Source: an uncultured Candidatus Saccharibacteria bacterium (GTDB taxonomy: Bacteria > Patescibacteriota > Minisyncoccia > Phycocordibacterales > UBA5272). From it: DNA of 64,000 bases. How positions within the stretch are numbered: the first letter of the stretch is position 1; each line of letters begins with the position of its first letter. Below, piece after piece: positions 51,982 through 60,189 of this stretch. The stretch spans positions 40,319 through 104,318 of the forward strand of contig CAZFBW010000001.1 of NCBI GenBank assembly GCA_964517625.1, read 5' to 3'. The position numbers and the translations under genes were made by a program. Under the pieces are notes generated by a model that saw nothing but the letters and a program-made list of their open reading frames with translations, searched no databases and had not been told where the DNA came from.

Positions 51982-52584
51982 ATGACCTTCATTTCAAAAT
52001 ATCTTCCCCACCTTTTACTTGCTGTCTATGCAATCGAGTTTGGGATATTAAGTATCAATCCATACGCGCGCGATGTGTGGTTTGTAGAGAATCTCACGGT
52101 TCTTGTGATTGTTGTTTTACTTGTGATTTTGTATGCAAAAGGAATTCGTTTTTCAAATACAGCGTATGTGCTCATGTTTATTTTGCCATTTCTACACACC
52201 ATAGGGGGACACTATACGTTTGAGAAAGTTCCATTTGATTGGTTCAATGATATGTTTGGATTTGAAAGAAATATGTATGATCGAGTTGCACACGCAACCG
52301 TGGGGCTCTATGCTTTCCCACTTGCTGAATACTTGCTTTCTAAGAAAAAAGTAGCGAGCGCTTTTTGGGCAACATTTACCTCACTTTGTTTTATTGTAAC
52401 CGTTGCGGCGGTGTATGAATTATTTGAATGGCAATATGCGGTGAACGCTGACCCAACTGCTGGTATTGCCGTGCTTGGTGCACAAGGGGACATTTGGGAT
52501 GCACAGAAAGACATGCTCATGGATACACTGGGTGCTGTAACCGCACTTGTCATATTTAATGTGCGGAGACTTTTTTCGAAGTAG
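51982..52584 (+). CDS. DUF2238/YjdF-like membrane protein
   Basis: GGHYTFEKVP, RNMYDRVAH, YELFEW, QGDIWDAQKDM. Confidence 0.88.
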   Translation: MTFISKYLPHLLLAVYAIEFGILSINPYARDVWFVENLTVLVIVVLLVILYAKGIRFSNTAYVLMFILPFLHTIGGHYTFEKVPFDWFNDMFGFERNMYDRVAHATVGLYAFPLAEYLLSKKKVASAFWATFTSLCFIVTVAAVYELFEWQYAVNADPTAGIAVLGAQGDIWDAQKDMLMDTLGAVTALVIFNVRRLFSK

Positions 52585-52708
52585 ATTTTATATTTAGTAA
52601 AAGAAAAACGGCTTAGCGCTTTGAAAGCCGCTAAGCCGTTGTTGTTTCGGGTCGCGTTGCACGACTCGAATGTTGTTTGGGTTTGCGTTGCGCAAACCCG
52701 TAGAGCCC

Positions 52709-54376
52709 TTAGAACGCCTCGAGCTCCTTCGTGCGGAGGACCTCTTCGATCCTGTCGGCGAACACTTGGTTGATGACCGTGTTGCCGTCCGTTTCGTCGA
52801 GGTAGGCGACATACGCGCCACCGTTCATGCCTTGCGCACGCAGGGTCACGACCGCCTGACGGTCGGGAACCAGCGCGATTTCCTGGACGCCGTGCACGTC
52901 GTTGACGTACACCATCTTCTTGGCCAGGACCTTGGCCTTGCCCTCGAACGTGGGGCGTTCGAAGGTGACCTTCTCGCCGTCGACGAGGTACTTGTGACCG
53001 CTGGCCGAACGGCGCACCACCTTGTGGGCGGGGCTACCACCCTTGTTCCGGATCACCACGTGGATGCCCGGATTGAACAGCTTGGCCACGTGGTCGTTGT
53101 CGACCTCCAGCACCTCGAGACCTTCCCCGCGCTCGTTGTAGACGACCACCGGGTTTTCTTCGATGCTGGCCATCAGCTTGGCCTGGCGTTCGCCCGCCTC
53201 ACGCGCCTTGCGTTCGGCTTCATCAGCCTTGCGCTTGGCGCTCATCTTGCTCTGGGCCGCGTTCAGCTTGGCCCTGATCACGTCCTCCTCCGCGGTGAAG
53301 CGGGGGTTGGCGCTGAGCAACTTGGCGACCTTCTGCTTGAAGATCACCGCCTGCACGGCGTTCATGCCACCGTGCAGGATGAGGATGTCGTCGTTGCCGA
53401 CGACCTCCACTTTCTCCGTCTCGCTCTTGAGCGAGACGGTGGTGAACAGCATCTGGTCCTTCCCGGACCTGCCCTTCGTGCCGATGACGATGAAACCGTC
53501 GTCGGCCGTCTGGATCAGGTTGTAGAAGAACTCGAGCGACTTGTCCTGCTGGTGGATGTCCCAGAGGCAGCGGTTGCCGCCGTCGGGCATGTGCAGGTAG
53601 GCGTTCGTGGGCACGTAGCCCCAGTCCTTCCCGCCGTACTTGGCGGAGCGGAACAGGGTAATGACCACCTTGCCAGCCTTGACCTCGAAGGAGATCTGGC
53701 CGGTCTTGCCCTTGTCGGTCGTCGCCTCGTTCTCGAGGACGAATTCCGTGACCACGCTCGCCGACTTGGCGGGCGCGGTGTTGGAGTTCGTCTTGGCGCT
53801 GACGCGCTCGTCCTTCTCGATGTCGATCAGGGTGTTCTGCACCACGACTTCACCGCCGAAGTACTCGCGCAGGTAGCCGATGATGGCGTCCTGGGCTTTC
53901 TTCACCTGCGGGTTGGGGGCGGTCGACTGGAAGCCGGGCTTCGAGAGCCAGGCAGCCTTCACGAACGTCTCCTTCCGGAGACCCATCAGGGGGTGGTCCT
54001 CGAAGGTGTACCCTTCGTGGGTGTACCCTTCGTGGGCGTGCAGGTAGACCACCGTGAGCTCGCGCTTCGTGCCGTCCTTGTTGGGACGGTACTCCAGGTC
54101 GAGGTGCACGGAGGGCTTGTCGCCGCCCGGGAACGTGTACGGTCCGGGCAGGCCAGCGATGAAGGACTCCTTGTCGGAGCTCTTCCCCGCGTTCTGCTCG
54201 ATGTACCAGGCCGGACCGGCCGCACTGCGAGCCTTGTCCTTCTGGGCCTTGACGGCCCTCTTGTTGTCCGCGACGGCCTTGGCGGCGGTTTGCCGCTCCG
54301 CGATCGTCTTGGGCGAACCCTTGCCGTTGCCACCCTTGTTGCTGTTGCCTTTGTTGCCGGATTTGGCCTGGGCCAT
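52709..54376 (-). CDS. GC-rich hypothetical protein (555 aa)
   Basis: SD aaggag; TTGACA promoter at 54544-54549 (-); strong G/C third positions; terminator ~52604-52640. Confidence 0.8.
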   Translation of the reverse strand: MAQAKSGNKGNSNKGGNGKGSPKTIAERQTAAKAVADNKRAVKAQKDKARSAAGPAWYIEQNAGKSSDKESFIAGLPGPYTFPGGDKPSVHLDLEYRPNKDGTKRELTVVYLHAHEGYTHEGYTFEDHPLMGLRKETFVKAAWLSKPGFQSTAPNPQVKKAQDAIIGYLREYFGGEVVVQNTLIDIEKDERVSAKTNSNTAPAKSASVVTEFVLENEATTDKGKTGQISFEVKAGKVVITLFRSAKYGGKDWGYVPTNAYLHMPDGGNRCLWDIHQQDKSLEFFYNLIQTADDGFIVIGTKGRSGKDQMLFTTVSLKSETEKVEVVGNDDILILHGGMNAVQAVIFKQKVAKLLSANPRFTAEEDVIRAKLNAAQSKMSAKRKADEAERKAREAGERQAKLMASIEENPVVVYNERGEGLEVLEVDNDHVAKLFNPGIHVVIRNKGGSPAHKVVRRSASGHKYLVDGEKVTFERPTFEGKAKVLAKKMVYVNDVHGVQEIALVPDRQAVVTLRAQGMNGGAYVAYLDETDGNTVINQVFADRIEEVLRTKELEAF

Positions 54377-54566
54377 GTGATTCTCCTTGTGTCGTAAGTA
54401 GCGGGGGCCGAAATTGGCCTCCCGCATGGTGCTATGGGTTGCTTGCGGTGTTCAAAGTACTGCTACTACAAGGGCCTGGCAAGAACCGTAGTTCTCCCAA
54501 GCCTCGTACTTCTACCCTATATTATTGCATATTTTAACACTTTTGTCAATACCACACACACACTCC

Positions 54567-54932
54567 TTATTTTAAGCCTTTTTCTTGCTTTTTTGATTCA
54601 CGAAGGAGGGAATCTATATGTTGACGGTTCTTTTCTCCGTAATCAATTTCAACCTCAAGAAAAGGAATCACTTTTACAGGAAGTCTTTTCATGATGGTGT
54701 GGCGAAGATCGGTTCGCATGCGTTTTGCAAAATCAAGCGCGGCATCTTCTTTGTCTTCTGGAAGTATGGTTATGAAAATAGTTCCTTGGCGCATATCAGG
54801 AGAAACTTCAGCACGCGTGACGGTGATAAGTGAAGCGCCGGAAGATTCACGTTGAAAAAAATCTTGAGCAATGGAGCGAATCTCAAGTCCGATTTGTATT
54901 TGTCGTTGTGATTGTGGTTTGTTGGCGTCCAT
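54567..54932 (-). CDS. rbfA: Ribosome-binding factor A
   Basis: ITVTRAEVSPD, P.LE..ID; follows infB. Confidence 0.85.
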   Translation of the reverse strand: MDANKPQSQRQIQIGLEIRSIAQDFFQRESSGASLITVTRAEVSPDMRQGTIFITILPEDKEDAALDFAKRMRTDLRHTIMKRLPVKVIPFLEVEIDYGEKNRQHIDSLLRESKKQEKGLK

Positions 54933-54984
54933 GGTTGGGGAGGTTATTAGTAATTCGTAATTAGTTATTAGTTAAATACAAATA

Positions 54985-56499
54985 CTAGATGCGGAGTTTT
55001 TCAACAACAACTGCTTCGAGGATGTCGCTTGGAATCATTTCAATCTTTGTTTCAACCATGAGACCACACTCGTTGCCTTCCATGACAGTCTGCGTTTTAA
55101 TTTTTTGTGATTGAAGTTCTACAATGCGTCCACGACCAAGTTCTGTTCCACGACGAACAATTTTTACCACACTTTGCAATTCAATTTTTCCAGTTTCAAC
55201 GCGACCACCGATAACATGCTTGTCTTTTTGTGAAGAAAAAATCTTGAGCACCTTAAGTGTACCGGTAATAGTTTCTTTTTCTTCGTACGGAAGGCGAGAC
55301 TCGACAAGGGTATCGAACCACTCAGAGAGTTTATAGATAATATCAAACAGTTGTGGTTCAATTCTGAAGCGCTCCATTTGTTCACGAGCTTTGCCTTCAA
55401 GTTTTACACCAAAGCCAAGCACGATTGCTTTTTCATCAGACCCCGCAAGCATGATGTCGCCTTCACCGATTGCGCCAACACCTTCACCGATAATTTTTAC
55501 CTTAATGTCGTCAGTCTCTTTCTTTTTAAGTTCACGTTTCACTGCATCAAGCGTCCCAAGTGAGTCGGCTTTAACAATAATTGGAATGACAACTTTTGCG
55601 TTGCGATAAACACGAGGGTCAACTGCTGTGCTTATTGCGCCAGCCTTGGCTTCTTCTTGAAGTTTTTCAATCATCTTTTTATCAGATGATGAAACAAAGG
55701 TACTTCCAGTTTCTGGTACGCCATCAAATCCGGTTACTTTGACTGGTTGTCCTGCACGAGGGTTCTTTATTGGCTTTCCAACGAAGTCTTCAATGATGCG
55801 AATTGGAGAGTATGCAGTGCCGGCCAAAATTGCACCCGATGAAGGGAGTGTTCCGTCTTTCAAGATAAGTGTTGCGGAGATACCGCGTTTTGCGTCAACA
55901 AAACTTTCAAGAATGTATCCCGTTGCATCGGTTGCTAAGTTTGTTTTAAGGTCGGCCATATCAGAGACAAGTAAGATCGTCTCAAGGAGAGAGTCAACAC
56001 CGGTACCTTTCTTTGCAGAAATTTCTACACAAGGGATGTCGCCACCGTAGCCTTCAATGTAGATTCCATTTTCAACGAGTGAATTTTTTGTTTTTTGAAT
56101 ATCAGCTCCCGGTTTGTCGATTTTGTTGATGGCAACGACGTAGGGGAGTTTGCGCGCATCGATCGTCTTCCATGCTTCAAGGGTTTGCGCTTTCACGCCG
56201 TCTTCTGCAGAGACAACGAGAATGGCAACATCGGCAATTTCAACACCGCGTTCGCGCATTGATTGAAATGCTTCGTGGCCGGGTGTGTCTAAAAAGGTGA
56301 TGGCCTTAACCTCACCGCTTGCAAGCTTGTGTTTAACTTCATATGCAGAGATACGCTGGGTAATACCACCAGCTTCACCTTCAACAACGTTTGATTTGCG
56401 GATGAAATCAAGCAGAGATGATTTGCCGTGGTCAACATGCCCCAAAACGGCGATGATCGGTTGGCGCGTAGAAAGAGATTGAGATTGTTGCTTAGGCAT
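54985..56499 (-). CDS. infB: Translation initiation factor IF-2 (short form)
   Basis: GHVDHGKS, GGITQ, DTPGHEAF, NKID. Confidence 0.95.
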   Translation of the reverse strand: MPKQQSQSLSTRQPIIAVLGHVDHGKSSLLDFIRKSNVVEGEAGGITQRISAYEVKHKLASGEVKAITFLDTPGHEAFQSMRERGVEIADVAILVVSAEDGVKAQTLEAWKTIDARKLPYVVAINKIDKPGADIQKTKNSLVENGIYIEGYGGDIPCVEISAKKGTGVDSLLETILLVSDMADLKTNLATDATGYILESFVDAKRGISATLILKDGTLPSSGAILAGTAYSPIRIIEDFVGKPIKNPRAGQPVKVTGFDGVPETGSTFVSSSDKKMIEKLQEEAKAGAISTAVDPRVYRNAKVVIPIIVKADSLGTLDAVKRELKKKETDDIKVKIIGEGVGAIGEGDIMLAGSDEKAIVLGFGVKLEGKAREQMERFRIEPQLFDIIYKLSEWFDTLVESRLPYEEKETITGTLKVLKIFSSQKDKHVIGGRVETGKIELQSVVKIVRRGTELGRGRIVELQSQKIKTQTVMEGNECGLMVETKIEMIPSDILEAVVVEKLRI

Positions 56500-56559
56500 A
56501 AAAATACCAATCAATAATACCACAAAAACAAGAACATCGCTAGGGTCTTATTTTTAAAA

Positions 56560-57042
56560 TTACTTTCCTCTGTGTGCTTTTTCTGATTCGGCGAGTACTT
56601 GTTTTTCTTCTTCAGATAAATCGTATTCGCTTTTGTAATGTGCGATTGGCTTAGCGTAGGTGACAACACGGTCGCGATGGTGAAGGGAAGAGATGATTGC
56701 ACCGTTACCTTGTTCATTAACAAGTGCGATTGAAAAGCTTTGATTGGATGTTCCGCTATCGAATGCTTTGAAACGAAGAAGAGAAACATTACGCACAGCA
56801 TGTGTTAATCGTTCATCTAACTTAACTGCATGGTCACCGAGTAGTTCATCATGTTTTTCTAGTTCTTCTATTTTGTTGATGCATTCGCGGATGAGTGGTT
56901 CAAGCGATTCTGCTTTTGAACCTTTAAATAGTTTGCGAAGTTTTATGATAAGGAAAATGTTAGCGATAAGAAGGAAAACCGTTGTCAGTAAAAGGCTAAG
57001 CGGGAGATACGGTGAGGAAATATAAGGGAGAATCACTTGCAT
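56560..57042 (-). CDS. DUF4446-like membrane-anchored protein
   Basis: RFKAF..QSFSIAL, YAKPI, LSEEE. Confidence 0.8.
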   Translation of the reverse strand: MQVILPYISSPYLPLSLLLTTVFLLIANIFLIIKLRKLFKGSKAESLEPLIRECINKIEELEKHDELLGDHAVKLDERLTHAVRNVSLLRFKAFDSGTSNQSFSIALVNEQGNGAIISSLHHRDRVVTYAKPIAHYKSEYDLSEEEKQVLAESEKAHRGK

Positions 57043-57103
57043 GAAAAGAGTGTACCACAAAAAAATGCTGTTATCCCCAGTAATTAAAGGGTATATAGGG
57101 GTA

Positions 57104-57131
57104 TTGACAAAAGTTTCATATGTGCTATACT
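57104..57131 (+). promoter_or_regulatory. Sigma70-type promoter
   Basis: TTGACA-16 nt-TATACT with extended TG. Confidence 0.75.
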
Positions 57132-57180
57132 GGTCTTTGTATCACCCGTGTCCAACTACCAAACAAGGAGGTAAACACCA

Positions 57181-57264
57181 GTGAATCCCCGTTCGTTCAA
57201 CCGGGCCACGATGCCCAAATACATGTCGAATACCTCGTCGCCGGCCGCCGGCTTCGCCGCCTAG
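57181..57264 (+). CDS. Micropeptide 1 (27 aa)
   Basis: AAGGAGG SD; MNPRSFNRATMPKYMSNTSSPAAGFAA*. Confidence 0.5.
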   Translation: MNPRSFNRATMPKYMSNTSSPAAGFAA

Positions 57265-57301
57265 GTCCAGGACCGCGGCGTCGCCAACAAAGGAGGTGCA
57301 C

Positions 57302-57388
57302 ATGCACCGCAACCCGCCCATCCGGAGCAACCGCGCCGTTACGGTCGGCGTATGGGGCTCCGGAAGCCAACCGACCAAGTGGGGCTAA
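57302..57388 (+). CDS. Micropeptide 2 (28 aa)
   Basis: AAGGAGG SD; MHRNPPIRSNRAVTVGVWGSGSQPTKWG*. Confidence 0.5.
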   Translation: MHRNPPIRSNRAVTVGVWGSGSQPTKWG

Positions 57389-57389
57389 G

Positions 57390-57755
57390 GACGCCCTAAG
57401 TTCGCCCTCAACGCCCCGGCTCGCCAGAGCCCGCGTCCCGCGTCAACGGCAGCCGCGCACAGTTGCGCGACCGCCACGCCAGGCAAGGTGCGAGCACGAC
57501 GCTCGCCCTTCGGGATTGCCGGCCAATCGCCGGGCTTCATCGCGCTATTAAAAAATAGCGCAAAAGAAAGGAGTCGAAAAGAACGACTGACAACCTACCC
57601 TCTAACCTTCTAGGTACTGAGGAAGGCTGGTGGGGCGAAAGCCCTTTACGCGAAACGCTTGCAGCGTACTGCACCCGCCTGAGGGTGAACAGGTACTTAG
57701 AAATGACGACGACATGTCTCAAACACCGCCCCCGGTTCCGCAAGGACCCGGGGGC
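57390..57755 (+). ncRNA. Candidate structured non-coding region ending in a GC-rich hairpin
   Basis: Series of hairpins (gggc-gaaa-gccc, caccc-gcctga-gggtg, ccccgg...ccgggg); no credible ORF. Confidence 0.4.
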
Positions 57756-57838
57756 TAAATATTTCTATACCAAGTATTTATATTTTCTAAAGTCTGAAAT
57801 CTAATGTCTAACTTTTATTTTCATGCTAGAGTTTAGGT

Positions 57839-59092
57839 ATGATTTCTTTTCTTAAAGACTTTCTCAAAAAAGAAAAACGCGTCTACCTTGATTACGCAGG
57901 AGCAACACCGATAAGTGAGAATGTATCGCGTGCGCTTGCTTCATCGCTTTTATTGTATGGTAATCCGTCCGCCATTCACCACGAAGGTGATGTTGCCTCG
58001 CGGGTTTTAGGTAAGGCGCGCGCCATGTGTGCCGGCACGCTTAATGCGCACGCGTATGAGATATATTTTGTTGGAAGCGGAACTGAGAGTTGTAATCTCG
58101 CTGTTTTGGGTACCTATGCAGGGTATGAAGGAAAAATTATTCCACACATTATAACAACAGTGATTGAACATCCGGCCGTTCTTGAACCAATTCGCAAACT
58201 TGAGAAAGAGGGGAAGATTCGTGTGACATATTTACCGGTGTATGAAGACGGGATTGTAAAACTGCATGACCTACGTGATGCGCTGTGCGAAGAAACAATT
58301 CTCGTAAGTGTGATGTATGCAAATAACGAAATCGGAACCATTCAACCAGTGAAAGAAATTGGGCGCGCACTTGATGAATGGAAAGACAACTGCGGGCGTG
58401 CTCACACCGAGTATCCGTATTTTCATATTGACGCATGCCAAGCAGTAAATTACTGTAACCTTGACGTTGTGCGACTTCGTGCGCACATGATGACGGTAAA
58501 TAGTAGTAAATGTTATGGTCCAAAAGGAATTGCGCTGTTGTATAAAAAAGAAGGATGTCGCATTGGGCCAGTGTCGTTTGGTGGAGGACAGGAACGTGGC
58601 CTTCGAAGTGGAACTGAATCTGTAGCGCTTGCGTATGCATTTGCGGTTGCACTTACCGAAGCATTTGAAATAAAAGAAAAAGAAGCTACTCGTTTACGCG
58701 AGATTCGCGACTATTGTCGTGATGAACTTGTGAAAGAAATTCCCGAAGTGACAATCTACGGAGCGTGGGACACGTACAAGCAACAAGCAAATAGCAACAA
58801 GCAAATAAAGGAAGAGAAGAGGTTGCCAAACAATATCAATTGTCGTGTACCAGGGATTCCAAGCGATGAAATGATTTTACGATTGGATGCTAAAGGATTT
58901 GCGGTGTCGCATAAGTCCGCATGCGCATCATCAGAAACCGATGGAAGCTATGTGATTGAATCACTCGGTGCTAGTAAACAAGAAGCATTAGAGAATGTGC
59001 GTATCACGCTTGGGCGAGAAACAACAAAGTCGGATATACTGGGTCTTATCTCTGCAATGAAAGATATTAAAGAACGATTTGCAACAAAATAA
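57839..59092 (+). CDS. iscS: Cysteine desulfurase (IscS/NifS family)
   Basis: YLDYAGATP, YANNEIG, SSKCYGPKG, RSGTE, SAC. Confidence 0.9.
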   Translation: MISFLKDFLKKEKRVYLDYAGATPISENVSRALASSLLLYGNPSAIHHEGDVASRVLGKARAMCAGTLNAHAYEIYFVGSGTESCNLAVLGTYAGYEGKIIPHIITTVIEHPAVLEPIRKLEKEGKIRVTYLPVYEDGIVKLHDLRDALCEETILVSVMYANNEIGTIQPVKEIGRALDEWKDNCGRAHTEYPYFHIDACQAVNYCNLDVVRLRAHMMTVNSSKCYGPKGIALLYKKEGCRIGPVSFGGGQERGLRSGTESVALAYAFAVALTEAFEIKEKEATRLREIRDYCRDELVKEIPEVTIYGAWDTYKQQANSNKQIKEEKRLPNNINCRVPGIPSDEMILRLDAKGFAVSHKSACASSETDGSYVIESLGASKQEALENVRITLGRETTKSDILGLISAMKDIKERFATK

Positions 59093-59124
59093 TCAACAAT
59101 TACTAAATCAAAAACCAACTATAT

Positions 59125-59712
59125 ATGTACGAACCAAATTACAAAGCACAGGATTTTAGCCGATTGCTAGGCACGGAAGGGATGAGCGATACGCTTTTAA
59201 ATAATCACTTTACCCTCTATCAAGGATACGTGGCCCAAACTAACAAATTGATTTCTGAGATGAAGACAAAAGAGGTAGGCACACCAGAGTTCAATGAACT
59301 TCATCGTCGGTTTGGTTGGGAGTGGAACGGCATGCGACTTCATGAGCTCTATTTTGAAAATATAACAAAAGGAGGACATGCACTGTCAGATGGTGAAATG
59401 AAAAAGATTTTAGACGCAGTGTGGGGAAGCGTTGAAAACTGGCAGAAAGATTTTGTAGGAATTGGTGCGATGCGCGGAATTGGTTGGGCAGTGCTCGCAC
59501 TTGATATGAAATCGCATATGGTGTTTAACACGTGGATTAATGAACATGATGCGGGGCACTTGGCGGGTGCTGTTCCGCTTTTGGTGATGGATGTATTTGA
59601 ACATGCATACATTACGGATTACGGCATCAAGCGCGCAGACTACATTGCAAGCTTCATGAAAGCTCTTGATTGGTCTGTTGTCGAAAAAAGACTCGCAGAC
59701 GCGATGAAATAG
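59125..59712 (+). CDS. Fe/Mn superoxide dismutase
   Basis: H..LYQGYV, LHELYF, DVFEHAY. Confidence 0.9.
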   Translation: MYEPNYKAQDFSRLLGTEGMSDTLLNNHFTLYQGYVAQTNKLISEMKTKEVGTPEFNELHRRFGWEWNGMRLHELYFENITKGGHALSDGEMKKILDAVWGSVENWQKDFVGIGAMRGIGWAVLALDMKSHMVFNTWINEHDAGHLAGAVPLLVMDVFEHAYITDYGIKRADYIASFMKALDWSVVEKRLADAMK

Positions 59713-59784
59713 GGGGGAGATTGCTCCATGAGATGGTTCACCTATCTCATGGGGTTGACAAAATCTGTGGAACTGCTATACTGA

Positions 59785-60024
59785 ACTTCCTCCCTGAACA
59801 TTTGTTCTTAAAGTTTTAGTTCAGGCGCGGGAAGGGTTGCTAGCAGAATATCGCTAGTTAACGCGAGTAGCATCAACCCTTCGGGGAGTCCTCCTTTGAA
59901 ACAGGTTGGAGGTCTCACCCTTTGAGAGAGTAATCACAAAGCGGCCGGGGTCATCAGCAGAAACACGCTGCGCCAGACCCCAACAGCAACACCCCCTCGA
60001 CCTTCACCGGCCGAGGGGTTTTTC
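59785..60024 (+). ncRNA. Candidate ~235-nt structured sRNA
   Basis: Promoter TTGACA 59755 / TATACT 59777; several stems; terminator cccctcg...cgaggggttttt. Confidence 0.55.
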
Positions 60025-60189
60025 ATTTGACAAGGTGCGCTATTTTATATAGAACTTATATATACCGTAGCGATTGATTATCCACCACGATTGAACGACC
60101 GAATTCCTGCTACACTGTTAATGTATTTGAACATATTTTGGTTTCGTATTTACTAGTCCCTAGTTACTAATTCCTATCAACCTATCTAC

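Noticed and set aside
52670-54397. 575-aa plus-strand ORF
   Set aside because: Antisense shadow of the GC3-biased minus-strand gene; the SD, promoter and plausible composition all belong to the minus strand.
57181-57264. tmRNA tag reading frame (ends FAA*)
   Set aside because: No tRNA-like domain (T-arm, CCA end) found, and the ORF has its own SD and start codon.
57120-57551. 143-aa Arg/Pro-rich ORF from the track
   Set aside because: It starts inside the promoter and has GC-shadow composition; the SD motifs point to other frames.
57570-57730. RNase P RNA or hammerhead ribozyme (gaggaag; CTGAGGA...GAAAC...GTA)
   Set aside because: No GAGGAAAGUCC or ACAGAA...GGCUUA P4 pairing for RNase P; hammerhead stems I and II cannot be formed.
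59820-59850. SRP RNA domain IV (cagg...ggaag...agcag)
   Set aside because: The helix around a GNRA loop does not form; the cagg pairs with upstream cctgaac instead.
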